Part shown: positions 1 to 13,690 of the stretch, one piece after another
Layout of the letters: the number at the start of each line of letters is the position of its first letter
How positions within the stretch are numbered: position 1 is the first letter of the stretch
Origin: Eledone cirrhosa
Lineage: Eukaryota
NCBI GenBank assembly: GCA_964016885.1
Contig: OZ024758.1
Coordinates: 5,704,001-5,768,000 of the forward strand
Length of the DNA stretch: 64,000 nt
Reading direction: 5' to 3'
Notes under the pieces: model-generated
What the model was told of the DNA's origin: nothing
Seen by the model: the letters and a program-made list of their open reading frames with translations, nothing else
The model's database searches: none
Program-made: the position numbers and the translations under genes

Positions 1-464
1 GAATGTGATTCTGTCTATACGTAGCTCGCTTGATGTTATTAAAAACAAAAGTTATAAACACCGCAAGCCATGCATGTCTGTATAGTCTCTCACCGCAAAA
101 CTAAATTATATGTCACAGGTTTCTTTCAAAGGTGGTGGGCTTAAACACAAACTGGTGGACTTAAACACAAATACCCAGTATTGTAAAGACGAGAGAGACT
201 ACTGTTTATACCAATTATAATAGTGGGTTGGTAGAATCGTCAGAGCGTCGGACAAAATACCTTGTAGCATTTGTTCCGGCTCTTTATGTTCTGATTTCCA
301 GCCCCAACATAGTCAACTTTGTTTTTGAACCTCCCGGGATCGATAAATTAAAGTACCGGACAAGTACTGGGATCGATTTAATCGACTAACCGATTTTTCC
401 ACATTCCTCGCCTTGTCTTTGTTAGAGATACAAAAAAGTATTAGAAAAATTGTTAGAAAATATA

Positions 465-652
465 ATTGTTTCTACTTTTGGCTCAAGGCCAGCAATTATC
501 CCAGTGCATTACTGGTAATTTATTTTATCGACCCCTTAAGGATGAAAGGCAAAGTTAACCTCGGTGGGATTTGAACTCAAACCATAAAGGGCCGTAACTC
601 TATGCTGCAAAGCATGGCGTCCGACCCTCTACCGATACTGCCAATCCACCAC
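465..652 (-). mobile_element. tRNA-derived SINE, family S1
   Basis: A box TGGCAGTATCGGT, B box GAGTTCAAATCC, central GCCTTTCATCCTTA.GGGGTCGATAAAAT.AA.TACCAG domain (resembles the Meta/Sauria-SINE central domain; from memory), 3' end GGCCTTG.GCC.AAAGTAGAAACAATT. An older copy lies at about 222-430 (+). Confidence 0.85.
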
Positions 653-994
653 CACCCAATGTCTGGTTGGCCGTCTGTAGATGGTGACTTCAAGAGTAGA
701 TTTGATCGACTGCTCCCCTCCGCTCCTATTGCACTAGCCATACTCCATGGTATCGCTTTTGCCGTTTTGTCCGCCAGGTGTGGCTGAGATACAGCTCAGA
801 CTGGGGTGTAGTGTCTGTCCCCTCCCCCCTCTCCCTTTCGACATTTGATCCTTCTTTCTTTTAGCCCTTTTCATTTTTCTGTTTTCTTCTTTCTATTCTG
901 TTCCCATTAGTAGTGTGACACAACGTCACGCAGTCTCTGAAACTGTCTACTCATTGGTGGATAGGGGTTAGTCAAATTTAAGCCTGTCTTGGTG

Positions 995-1290
995 ATCATC
1001 ATCATCATCATCATCATCAGCATTATCCGGCGGCCTCAGCCGGAATGGACTCAACAATTGGTCTCCACGTGGGTCTGTGGTTCATTGCCGTTGCCAAGCC
1101 CTAGATTTCAACACCAGAATCTCTGGAGATGACATCGGGATAAGAGAGCTTGCGCCCTTTGTTATTAGTGACTGCTTGTGGTTTCCAAAGCCCTAATGGG
1201 GACACAGCCTCAGAAGTGGCACGATGGCAGTGGCCAGCAAATAGGGATAGGAGAGCTTGCGCCCTTTGTTATTAGTGACTGCTTGTGGTG
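995..1290 (-). mobile_element. RTE LINE 3' fragment with (GAT)n tail and internal about 38-bp duplication
   Basis: Reverse complement of 28370-28598; gagagcttgcgccctttgttattagtgactgcttgtggt occurs twice. Confidence 0.7.
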
Positions 1291-1464
1291 ATGCTTAGTA
1301 CTGTTGACTAGATTTCAATCAACAGTTATACAGATACTCTCCACGGCTCAACTATCTGCAGCTCTCAGCGCTCCAGTTAACATGGAACCTATTATCAAGC
1401 TCTAGTTCAGTTATTGAAATAACTCAACATAACCCGCTCCACTACACCACAGGCTAACAATCTC

Positions 1465-1514
<50 letters not shown>

Positions 1515-1517
<3 letters not shown>

Positions 1518-1669
1518 AACCAGTAAGACCCCCGACAGCTGAGCTCAAGCCGTTTCGACCGAGCTCAGCTGTCGGGGTCTTACTGGTTCCTATTACCCAC
1601 TCTACTACTTCAAGTATTGAGTACTTTGGTGCGTTATGGTCCACCTGGTTCCTTACCACATTTCCTTCG

Positions 1670-1671
<2 letters not shown>
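1515..1671. mobile_element. Palindromic (TA)n-embedded element, family H4
   Basis: Inverted arms around GAGCTC/GTTTCG plus tail ttacccactctactac..gtattgagtac..tggtccacctggttccttaccac. Related copies at about 5212, 11707, 15601, 23608, 25588, 44399, 55786, 56721, 57793, 59736, 61163 and 62325. Confidence 0.75.
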
Positions 1672-1704
<33 letters not shown>

Positions 1705-1997
1705 TACACATACATATATATTTATATATATATTTATTTATTTCCGTTACATATTTTACATGCATCGTTTCACATTTTCTATCCTATCCTTACTATTGGT
1801 ATGTTAGTCTTCCTTTGACATCACATATTTTCTTTGATGTATCACCTTAAACCGGACACTTAATGCCCATGCTAACAATTTGTTTAACAGTGGTAATCAG
1901 TGGTGCATATCTATATTAATCAGAAATTTTCTGACTCATTCTCTATCTGCCCGTCATTCTGTCAGCCTAGCTGTCTACCTGTCTATCAGTCTACCTG

Positions 1998-2037
<40 letters not shown>

Positions 2038-2069
2038 CCTGTCTACCTGTCTGTCTATCAGTCTACCTG

Positions 2070-2113
<44 letters not shown>

Positions 2114-2468
2114 CCTGTCTACCTGTCTATCTATCTATCTATCTATCTATCTACCTGTCTACCTGTCTATCTATCTATCTATCTATCAACCTTTCATCCT
2201 TACGGGGTCGATAAAATAAAGTAAAATAAAGTACCAGTAATGCACTGGGGTTGATTTAATCAACTTCCCTTCTCCCAAAATTGCTGGCCTTGTGCCTAAA
2301 TCAAAAACCTTTACTATCATTATGGATAATGTTGTGTATGGGTATATAAGTTCTGTGTGTAACTATGTGTGTATATAAATGTGTATTTAACATGATAGTG
2401 TATAATCTTTTTCGTTTTCTTGGCTCTATCTTCAAAATATTCCTATTAATATATTTATATTCATTTAT

Positions 2469-3597
2469 CCTAACAAAGAGACATATACACATTTCCATAA
2501 ATATATATATTTATACACCCTAACAAAGAGACATATACACATTTCCATAAATATATATATTTATACATCCTAACAAAGAGACATATACACATTTCCATAA
2601 ATATATATATTTATACATCCTAACAAAGAGACATATACACATTTCCATAAATATATATATTTATACATCCTAACAAAGAGACATATACACATTTCCATAA
2701 ATATATATATTTATACATCCTAACAAAGAGACATATACACATTTCCATAAATATATATATTTATACATCCTAACAAAGAGACATATGCACATTTCCATAA
2801 ATATATATATTTATACATCCTAACAAAGAGACATATACACATTTCCATAAATATATATATTTATACATCCTAACAAAGAGACATATACACATTTCCATAA
2901 ATATATATATTTATACATCCTAACAAAGAGACATATACACATTTCCATAAATATATATATTTATACATCCTAACAAAGAGACATATACACATTTCCATAA
3001 ATATATATATTTATACATCCTAACAAAGAGACATATACACATTTCCATAAATATATATATTTATACATCCTAACAAAGAGACATATACACATTTCCATAA
3101 ATATATATATTCATTTATCCTAACAAAGAGACATATACACATTTCCATAAATATATATATTTATACATCCTAACAAAGAGACATATACACATTTCCATAA
3201 ATATATATATTTATACATCCTAACAAAGAGACATATACACATTTCCATAAATATATATATTTATACATCCTAACAAAGAGACATATGCACATTTCCATAA
3301 ATATATATATTTATACATCCTAACAAAGAGACATATACACATTTCCATAAATATATATATTTATACACCCTAACAAAGAGACATATACACATTTCCATAA
3401 ATATATATATTTATACATCCTAACAAAGAGACATATACACATTTCCATAAATATATATATTTATACACCCTAACAAAGAGACATATACACATTTCCATAA
3501 ATATATATATTTATACATCCTAACAAAGAGACATATACACATTTCCATAAATATATATATTTATACATCCTAACAAAGAGACATATACACACATTTC
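2469..3597. repeat. Tandem array, 50-bp unit, about 22 copies
   Basis: Unit cctaacaaagagacatatacacatttccataaatatatatatttatacat, almost invariant. Confidence 0.97.
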
Positions 3598-3825
3598 CTT
3601 ACACACAAAATCCTGATATATTTCTGCTGTTTAATGGAGGGGTGATTCAACATTTCTTTTCTTTCTTAAAAGGTTAAAATACAACACTTTTGATCACTGG
3701 AGTGTAACCTTACTTCACAAGAAAACAAATGTGCCGATCCGTTAAATACTAAAAAAATTACAGGTGATCATTTGTAACAGTCTTCTTTCTTTCTTTCATT
3801 TCTTTATTTATTTATTTCATTACTG

Positions 3826-3972
3826 TGTGCATTACTGGTACTTTATTTTATCGACCCTGTAAGGATGAAAGGCAAAGTTAACCTCGGCGGGATTTGAACT
3901 CAGACCGTAAAGGGACGTAACTCTGCTGGAAAGCATGGCGTCCGACCCTCTACCGATACTGCCAATCCACCG
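3826..3972 (-). mobile_element. SINE S1 (3'-incomplete)
   Basis: Homology to the S1 consensus. Confidence 0.8.
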
Positions 3973-5465
3973 ACCAATAATAATAAAGCAAAATCCTCAT
4001 CATAACTAACGGTCTTCTGTTCCAAACCTACGCTCAGCATTGTAATTTCAATGAAACCCGTGTGAGTCCTACCAAGTTCCTAATAATTTCAGCTTTTTTC
4101 TGAATCTCTCTTCCATGGTATCTATTTACAACCAATTACCAGTTAATAACAACACACCCTAAAATAATAAAGATAATAAAGCGTGGAAAACAAAAACAAC
4201 AAAAATATCCCCAGCAGCAACTAACATTTCCGTTTGTAAAATGTTTCTTTATGCTTCATAATTTATTTCAAAAAGAGGATTGTCCAATGTGAACAACGAA
4301 TAGTCAGAATACGGATTAGTTAAGTGCAAGATGTCTAACGAAGCAAGACATTCCCAAAACTGGCAGTGATCCTAAACACGAAGTCTGATATAAAATCCCA
4401 AATAGATAGCGCTATAAAAAGACATGAAAATCTTAAATAAAATAAAAGAAAGAACCCCCTCGTGAGTGTGTCATGGAATACATACTAATATATCAAATAT
4501 ACATTCCACCATCTTGTTTTCTTTTTAATATCAAGCTAAAAATACAGCGTCTCCATGATGGGTTTGTGTACTATGATAACAAAAGAAGATCCCATATATT
4601 TTTATCCGGTTGTTCTTATTTATAGCATGGCAAATAGCCTTAAAATGAAACAAGGTGGTGGGTTACTGCCAACAACTGTCTGCACTATATAATTAGTTGT
4701 GGAGCTTCGAAGATAGTGTATCCAATTACTAAAAATAAATTTTCCCATATTTTTTTATCGCCACTAAAAAATCGGAGATAACAATATCTGTTGTCCATTG
4801 ATAAGTGAAATAGAAAATATTTCAAATATGTATATATTTCCTGTAGAAGCCATTTCTATATTAAATATTTATACTCTGCTATGTATTGAGTACTTTACTT
4901 ACTGTGGTTACCCCCTCGATTGAACCCGACACACACACACACACACGCACACACACACACACATATATATATATAAGGAACGATCGACTTTCGTCAAATC
5001 GGACCGAGGGAACAATGTTTCCGTTGGTCTTTCCAATTGCTAATACTATCTATCGGTCGCAACTCCAGGTAGAAGGAGCAACGTGAAATAAAGTGTCTTG
5101 CTCAAGGACATAACGCACCGCCTGGTCCAGGAATCGAACTCACAACCTTATGGTTGCGAATCCAATTCTCTAACCACTCAGCCACACGCCTTCACATATA
5201 TATATATATGTATAACAAAGAAAGTGTGGTAAGATACCAGGTGGACCATAACTGGCTTAGTTCGGATCTAGCTGTCGAAATAGCTGGAGCTCAGCCGTCG
5301 GGGTCCTGACTCTTTTCCTATATATATATCCTATATAACTGGAATCATATGATTCCAGTTCCTCAGAGGAATAACAACACAACCAGGAGCTGGACATATC
5401 GATGTATTGACGGACTAAAACACACTTCAACAACATGTGTACCTGTCTCTACCACACCAATTCGG

Positions 5466-5520
5466 ACTGCCTGAAGAGATCACAGCCAATGATGGCTGTC
5501 ACCGAAATATATATAGCAGT
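5466..5520 (+). ncRNA. Minimal type I hammerhead ribozyme motif (family H1) in a Penelope-like terminus
   Basis: ACTGC-CTGAAGA-stem II (cacagcca/tggctgtc)-GAAA-TATATA-TA-GCAGT. AATAAA follows, then (TA)n. Confidence 0.75.
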
Positions 5521-5571
5521 ATATCTGTAATTTATAATAAACGAAGCCAAATTTTACATATTTGACTTAAT

Positions 5572-5613
<42 letters not shown>

Positions 5614-5616
<3 letters not shown>

Positions 5617-5794
5617 TTTTAATATAGATGAGATTCTACAGGACTAGAACTGTTTCATTCTTTAGAAATCATCTTCTAAAGAATGAAACAGTTCTAGTCC
5701 TGTAGAATCTCATCTATATTAAAACTTTTATACTCTGCTATGTATTGAGTACCTTACTTACTGTGGTTACCTCCGATTCAACCCGGAATAACGC
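5614..5794. mobile_element. Palindromic Penelope-like terminus (H2 family, centre collapsed)
   Basis: About 55-bp near-perfect inverted arms (5614-5727) plus the family tail, flanked by (TA)n. A tail-only copy lies at about 4840-4930. Confidence 0.65.
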
Positions 5795-6487
5795 ATATAT
5801 ATATATATATATTAACTTGATCTCCATTCTCTCGGTTACTTGCTTACATGTCCCATTGTCCTGTGTTCCCCCTTCTATCGGTATGTTTATTTTTTCCTTT
5901 TTTTAATTTTTTCTTCTCTCTTTTCTTTTCTTTCTCTCCCTCGTGGCCTTTTGATAGATAAAAGGCTATGGACGCGCTACGGATAGATGTATAGTTTATA
6001 ATGCGCCGAAACATCCGTGATCCGTAGTTAACTACTGACGAAGGGAGACTTTCCACCGCTTGTTTGTGTCCCCTTACCTTCTAACACCCGTTATCAGTAA
6101 CCACACAGCGCCTGCTCTCATCTATATCTATATATATGCACATATATTTACACATATGTGTGTATATATATATACATACATGTGTGTGTATATATATATG
6201 TGTATACAATGGTCAATTTATTATCATGTACAAATTAATTTGGCCTCTTTCTGTTGCACGATTCGGGAAGTCAGAGTATAAGTCGCCTAATACACAAACA
6301 TGAATCTTTTGATAAAACAAATTGTTTATGGAAACAGTTTCACGATAAAGAAATGATAATATTTGACATGACATGAAATTTTAAGCTACATTTGAAAATA
6401 TTGACATAATTTATTACATCCCGTGAGAAAGGACAGATTTATCACGGAATCCTAGAGTTAATGGGTCCAAAATGAAAATCCTATAAT

Positions 6488-6565
6488 ACACACACACACA
6501 CACACATAAACACACACACATACATATATATATATACATATATAGATATACACACACACACATAA

Positions 6566-6596
<31 letters not shown>

Positions 6597-7197
6597 CATA
6601 TATAGATATACACACACACATATATATATATACATACACACATATATATATACATACACACATATATACATATATATATATATACACACATATATACATA
6701 TATATATATACACACACACACATATACATATACATATATACACACACACATATACATATATATATATACACACACACATATACATATATATATATACACA
6801 CACACACATATACATATATATATATACACACACACACATATACATATACATATATACACACACACATATACATATATATATATACACACACACACATATA
6901 CATATATATATATACACACACACACATATACATATACATATATACACACACACATATACATATACATATATACACACACACACATATACATATACATATA
7001 TACACACACACATATACATATACATATATACACACACACATATACATATATATATATACACACATATACATATACATATACACACACACACACATATACA
7101 TATACACACACACACACATATACATATATATATATACACACACACACATATACATATATATATATATACACACACACACATATACATATATATATAT

Positions 7198-7263
<66 letters not shown>

Positions 7264-7266
7264 GCA

Positions 7267-7304
<38 letters not shown>

Positions 7305-7420
7305 CATATATATATATATGTATATATACTTACATATACATGTATATACGTGTACGTGTATGTGAATATGTGTGTATATATATGTGTGCATATATATGTG
7401 TGCGTGTACGTATATGTATA
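6488..7420. repeat. Compound (CA)/(TA) microsatellite
   Basis: Direct reading. Confidence 0.95.
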
Positions 7421-7944
7421 ACCCCTTGTATGTGATCTAATAAAACAGGCGTATCTTTCGTCCGATGATTTAATGTTATTTTTTCACATACTGTTGAATT
7501 CATAGGACTTGTAGTTTACAATGTACAACATAAAGTTGTGTCGTTAATGAGATGATAAAATGAAAGAGCATATAATATATAACTTTCCAGGCAATTGCCA
7601 CTTGTTTGTGTTGCTGAAATTACCATAATAATAGTTATCGTTCATTGACTAACTCAACTAGTCACAATCTCTATAAATAGGTTTCGTTTCGTCATCTGTA
7701 AATCTACTTCCAAGAACAATTTTCTACCGACCCAAACAACCTCAACTCTCTCCCATTCACCAAGTCCATCTCAGTTTATAATTTCACAGCATCTAGTGGA
7801 AATTATTATTATAATACTACTGTAGGGCGGTGGCTTGGCAGTATACCAATCAAGTACTGAGGTCGATGTACTCAAATTTGCCCTTGCCCCACATTTTCTG
7901 GCTTTTTGCCCTTATAAGAAACCGATATTAATATTATTGTCATA

Positions 7945-8130
7945 TGGTGGATTGGCAGTATCGGTAGAGGGTCGGATACCATGCTTTACAGCATAGAGTT
8001 ACGGTCCTTTATGGTCTGAGTTCAAATCCCGCCGAGGTTAACTTTGCCTTTCATCCTCACAGAGTCAATAAAATAAAGTACCAGTAATGCACTGGGTAAT
8101 TGGTGGCCTTGTGCCAAAAGTAGAAATAAT
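7945..8130 (+). mobile_element. SINE S1
   Basis: Complete A/B boxes, central domain and tail. A degraded copy lies just upstream (about 7825-7925). Confidence 0.85.
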
Positions 8131-8535
8131 TAATATTGTCATAAAAGGCAGAATGGTGAGGACGTGTCAGAATTTGTAATGGCGCACCAAGGCGAACCAA
8201 GTGTTTTGTATTATTTAGTTAGCTTACATTTCTCACTTTAATTCATATCTGAGTCAACTTGGTTTTTGCCTTCCCCTGAGAAGTTATCGGATACAAGATC
8301 TTATGATATTTAGTCATGAGGTCCACCTTGCTATTCATCTATCTGGGCTCGATATAATAATTACCATTCAGATAGCATGATCGATTTAATGGACTAGACA
8401 TATTCCCAAAATGTGTAAGGTTGTGCCATCCCAGTTACCTTGACCTGCTCAGAATACATGTAACCTACACATCGGAAGCCTTTCCACCGCTCTCTCTAAG
8501 ACAGCCTAAACCGAATAAAGCTTAAAGTGTGACCC

Positions 8536-8815
8536 TGCGTGGCCTAGCGGTAAGTGCGTTGGACTTATGATCATAATGTCGTGGATTCGATTCGTCCACT
8601 GGTTTGTGTGTTGTGTTCTTGAACAAAACATTTCACTTCACGTTGCTCCAATATACTCAGTCGAAAATAAGTACATTCAGTAGCTGGGGGTTTAACCCCG
8701 TGATGGACTGGTGTCCTGTCCAGGGAAGAAGTAGTCCTGTACTCTCAGTCGCGTCATGCCACGGAAGCTGGAATAAGCGGCCTGATGAACCTCAGGGTTC
8801 GAGACAGACTTTAGA
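8536..8815 (+). mobile_element. tRNA-derived CORE-type SINE, family S2; other copies at about 5060-5155 (-), 34215-34495 (-), 42731-43035 (+) and 55603-55785 (+)
   Basis: A box GTGGC.TAG.GGT, B box, CORE-like TTGTGT.CTTGA.CAAGACACTTTA, then CC.GTGATGGACTGG. Confidence 0.75.
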
Positions 8816-8869
8816 CTTTTTTTTTATTGAATTGAGGAGCCTTTATATATATTTATCAGTTTTAATATA

Positions 8870-10270
8870 TTCCTATAATATCAGTACTTTCAGGGAAAAC
8901 TATATTTTAAATTTAACAGAGCATCGATGCTATTTGTGGAAACATTTTTACAATATTCTCCTTTATACTCGTTTCCACTCGACCTTGCATGTCTATAACT
9001 ACAGGAGTTACTCTTAAGTGTATACCCACATATCTGATATATACGTATATATATCCATATCGTTTATCAACATTTTTTACTGGAATGTTAATGTTTCTAG
9101 AACAAACTCCATCTGGATAGTACGTTCTTATTTCCATATATTTATGTACGGATTTGTATACCCAACAGAACTATACTATTTTAATTTCACACCACTATCT
9201 CAGGAGTATCTGTGTACCATTTGTTTTATACCTAGCGGGTGTTAGTTCTTATATATTCCAGTAGAAGTAACCAACCATTCTGTTATGTCTACAAATATAT
9301 TCTAGTATGACCAGACATGATGGTATTTGTCTTTCCAGTGCGCTGACTAAATAAACCACATTCAGATTTAATATTTTCATTCTATGTATATATTTCCAGA
9401 CACAGTTCCAATGGTATTTAATTGATGGTAAATCAAAAAGTATCACTCAGTAAAATATCAATTACAGTATTTAAAAAAAAGTTCATGTTGAATACGAAAC
9501 AATATTTATATTTTCAACGGTTTCTTCAAAATCACCCAGGCGCCAGAGACAGTACATGATAAAATGACAAGTCAGTCGATTGACTGACTTGATGGCCTTC
9601 CCACAGCTCCGGCGGACAGAATGGTGAAGGCGTTTCCCCGGAGGACGCGCTGGAAGAGCCATTCCAACTCGCGAGGCTCACACCTGCGGCTGTCCTAGGG
9701 TGGTGAGTAGTATATATTTAGGGAGTGAATAGTTAGGAGATGAATGCCTGGAAAAGCAATTATCAGGCCTTTAGTTTCCCTTTTCAATGAACAACCTTGG
9801 ACCCAAATACAAATATCTCATTTGTTGCCATCAGGTTTACTCAGTGACTTTAGGGAATTCTCCGTGGAGAAGTTTAATCTCCGTATAATTTCTACGACCT
9901 CAATTGTTTTCAATTTCTTTACTTATTTTACTTTGATTGGAGTATCTGTAACCTCTCTAGTGTGTATATATGTTTAGAATTCACATTTCTGATAAATATG
10001 TCATTCCTTGTTTGTGTATTGAATTCAACTGTTTCATTTTATAATGCTTTTGATCTCTAGAAAAATACCCAGTGAGGAATTTTATAGAGTTACATAGGGG
10101 CTTTCCCCCATTGTCTTAGAGTAGAAATGCTACGTTTGTCAGTTTTAGAATAATGAGGTTTGTATTTTGATAGTGGATTTCAATGTCTTCGTATCTATTT
10201 TCTTTTTTCTCTCTATCTTTGACAACTTCCAGTATATTACATTGAGACTGTAGCTTACCAGCAGGAATAC
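8870..10270 (-). pseudogene. Degraded AT-rich coding-like remnant, possibly Penelope-like RT/GIY-YIG
   Basis: Interrupted K/I/N-rich frames with PYV-like and WN-like motifs, next to a hammerhead-bearing terminus. Not firmly assignable. Confidence 0.25.
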
Positions 10271-10557
10271 TAGCGTGTACACACATACACACATACACAC
10301 ACACACATATATATATATTAAGAAATTATATATATATATATATCTTTTTGTGAAAATCAGTCATATGGAACTATTGTCATCTTGCCTGACTGTTTGAACT
10401 TTACTACACCACCTGCCTCTTTGAGGTCAAATACCAACCATACTAGCATCTACAAACTGCTGACAACATTAAATTATTCCTAACAAGCTCATATGTCCCA
10501 AGGCTCTGATACCATCAACACCATAAACACAGAGCTGGCATATCTAAGAACTGACTA

Positions 10558-10613
10558 ACTGCCTGATGAGGTCATAGCCATTCAATGGCTATCATCGAAA
10601 TATATATACCAGT
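10558..10613 (+). ncRNA. Minimal type I hammerhead motif (H1 variant)
   Basis: ACTGC-CTGATGA-stem II (atagccat/atggctat)-GAAA-TATATA-TA-CCAGT, then AATAAA. One mismatch at the base of stem I. Confidence 0.65.
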
Positions 10614-10658
10614 AAATAAAGGATTATGAGTTCATGCAATTGACTTATGTTTCGTCAC

Positions 10659-10755
<97 letters not shown>

Positions 10756-11340
10756 GAATTGGAAATAGCACAGAAAATATATTTAAGGATCTGCTTTTCT
10801 TTTTTTATTCGTGAAGTGACATTATTGAAAAAATGAGAGGGACAGTTCTTTTAAAAAGAGAGTTTTATAATGTATATAGAATATATAAAATATAACCGGT
10901 TTCGGAATTAAATATGCATTTATAAAATTGATGAAAACCTAGATCTTTGATAAACTCCATTGTGAAGAGTGTTTCACTCTGAATATTCAGACTTTCCGCG
11001 AATGAAAATATATTCAAAGAATATACTAGTTACTATAATGAAGCTCTAAATAGACTTGATTCGGGGGTAAAATAACTCTTTATCTTTGATGGCAGAGATA
11101 TGCCAGAGACTAAGGTAGGTAGAAGAACATTATATAATGGTAAATTTGTTAGGAGATACAGAGGATTAGATATTCAACCCAATTAAAACAGATATGACCA
11201 TCGATCCACTAAAAATCAGAGGGAAAATGATGATGGGAATATGAACGTGGCCCCACTGAAAACGAAACTTAACTGCACAACAGAAACTAACTCAAACTCT
11301 TAAACCTAGGTTGAACCCTTCATCAAGTGATGGAGTGGAT

Positions 11341-11386
<46 letters not shown>

Positions 11387-11473
11387 GTAAAAAGTAAACA
11401 GAAATAAGAAAGCAAACGACACAGTACAATGAAGAAATATATTAGTTTAACGCTTGATATAGTAGGAAAAGAA

Positions 11474-11509
11474 TCTTAACGTTTCGGACACTAGTCCTTC
11501 ATCAAAAGA
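11474..11509 (-). ncRNA. Degenerate ultra-minimal hammerhead-like motif (H7); second copy at 23380-23415 (+)
   Basis: TCTT-TTGATGA-aggactagtgtcc-GAAAC-GTT-AAGA. The core is mutated in both copies, and the downstream about 90 nt are homologous between them. Confidence 0.4.
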
Positions 11510-11662
11510 TAGAATGAGGAAAAGCGGAAATCGAAGGATAAAGTATGAAGATGAAGGAACGAAAAACATTCTTGAGAAAAACCACGTGTGTATTCAGTCA
11601 GATCTGTGGTGCTGAGACAGTAGAGGCCACAAATCATGGAAGTAATCTATGCATGGGAATAA

Positions 11663-11709
<47 letters not shown>

Positions 11710-13355
11710 AAAAGAGTTAGGACTCCGACGGCTGAGATCCGGCCGTTTCGACAGCAAGATCCAAACGGAGCGCGAAGCTTTCTGAATGGTTCGCCTAAGT
11801 CACCTAAGTGAAATCTTTCTGATTTTTTTAGCCCAACTTTTCAGTCGTAATTTATCTTTCTATCATTTTTACGATCGAAGAGAACAACGTGTACGAATTC
11901 TGAAGAAACAAATCAAAACAATCTGAGTAACCGCCTTTTTTTTATGTGGGCACGAATGTAAATTAGCGCTTGCGGCTCGCCTGATGATGAGCCATATTTC
12001 ATGCGGCCAGCTTCTCGAAAAAGGTTGCCCATGCTTGTTCTAGAATCTTCAGAATTTTCTAAGCTCTCTATAGTCGCTATCTATTTGACAGTGGAAGCCG
12101 CCAGCGTTTATGTTGTGAATTCTGTTGAACAGACGAACTGTGTCCCACAGGTAATTGCCCGATTAAATATGAGCTAGAGATCTAGTGTTCCAAACAGGAG
12201 AGGATTACACCGTGATAAAGGATTACTCAACGAAACAATACATAGTAACAAAAGCATATCCTCGGTTACTTTTGTCTAATATCAATAACAATCTTCCAAA
12301 GATTAATTTTGTTTAAATAAACATTGAAGAAGTACTTATGCTTTATTTTATTTTCTCCGTAACCCATGGGTTTGATGTACCACATCGTTTGTTTGTTTTG
12401 AAATATTCATGTTATTCTCATTGACATAAATTTCTCATGGGGAAAATTATTTTTCTTTCATTTATTCTTACTTAAAGCTTCTTTTCTCTCCCACTTTTGT
12501 TATTTTGCTGTTATATAATCCTTTTTTCATATTGAGCTGTCCGTGTTATTTTTTGATACTGTTGGTGGTTTAATAGGAGATCCTTGACATACGGGTTCAT
12601 TCCTAGTCTCTCGCACCATGGTCATACTTTACCATGTTTTTCTTCGGTCAAAAGTGGCTCTGATGTAGGCGGTTGTCTATTGAATAGGATTAAAAATTAT
12701 TGAATATCGACATTTTCCTCTTCAGTAAAGCCACCATCAACATACCGTATACATTCCCCTTCGTGAGAATAGTGACAGTGGCACGAATGACACAAGAGAA
12801 CAGACCTGTTCACAACATACGTCTATATGGTCGAGAGCATTTCCTCTTAGTAATTATTATAATCTTCAACCCATGCACCTGGCCCTAGGTGGCTGCCCTT
12901 CTAATGGAATGTTTCATTTAATTTCTGTGTATACTTTTTCGATCCCTTTTTTTCCTAACGTATTCTGCATACACTTCCTTTTCTGTTTGATCTTTTTCAA
13001 AAATCAATCCGACCATATAGAGATGGGGAGGGCGAGAGAAATGGAGGCGATAACGGTGGGAGTTCCGCTCTTCCGTGTTCGGACACATCGCACCTGTCAA
13101 GAGTGTATTTTCATACTAGTACCAAAATGAAACAAGACATAAAAATGGAAGAAACGGTCAAATAGCACAATAAAAGAGTGAAATATGATATGGCTTCAGA
13201 TTTAAGGAACTATAGGAGTGAGGCATAAATTCCATTATTTTACATAATTCCTATGCAGACACTAAAAATAGAACTTTCGTTCAAGAATCAATACTAAAGA
13301 TATCTCTTTAAATATAGCTATCAGCTGTATTATTATCTGCGATATTACAATACAA

Positions 13356-13690
13356 GCGGCGGATTGACTGAGTCGTGAGAATGTCGGATAGAACGGCTTA
13401 AGGTATTCGATTCGACTCTCGACTCTCTGAGTTCAAATGTCACCGTGGTCAACTTTGCCTTTCATCCATTCGAGATCGATAGACAAAGTACCAGTCTGGT
13501 ACTGGTGTCGATTCTTCCTCTATACCTCATTCTCCCTTCCATTGTCTCACTCTCTATCCTACTCTCTGGAAGAAATCTGCTGTAGTCAAACCTGGAGAGG
13601 ATTGGGCTCCGCAAGGTTTTAAAACCACCTAGAAACGCCATATATCAATATGACGCCCCTGTGAAGCCCTCGAAAGTTATGGGACCATGC
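13356..13690 (+). mobile_element. SINE related to S1 with a different 3' half; other copies at about 30035-30335 (+) and 56180-56445 (-)
   Basis: S1-like head and central domain, then shared tail ctctggaagaaatct.c..ggtttaaaa..ccctagaaacgcc. Confidence 0.7.

Noticed and set aside
900-990. Possible HDV-like ribozyme on the minus strand (hairpin followed by CTAATGGG) next to an RTE fragment
   Set aside because: Could not build P1/P3/L3 of the nested double pseudoknot.
2469-3597. Regular array resembling CRISPR
   Set aside because: No unique spacers, eukaryotic context, no cas genes.
6414-7391. Long ORFs of YI/CV/HT/ER/MI repeats here and throughout the track
   Set aside because: Translations of microsatellites that lack stop codons.
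7945-8040. tRNA gene
   Set aside because: A/B boxes belong to SINE heads, with no cloverleaf and a continuation into the SINE body.
8780-8812. CTGATGA in the SINE S2 tail
   Set aside because: No GAAA core in the right place; ordinary LINE-derived SINE stem-loop.
11975-12045. CTGATGA..GAAA that could be a hammerhead
   Set aside because: No stem III/UH or stem I pairing; the context looks like a hAT-type MITE end (aaaaggttgcccatgc).
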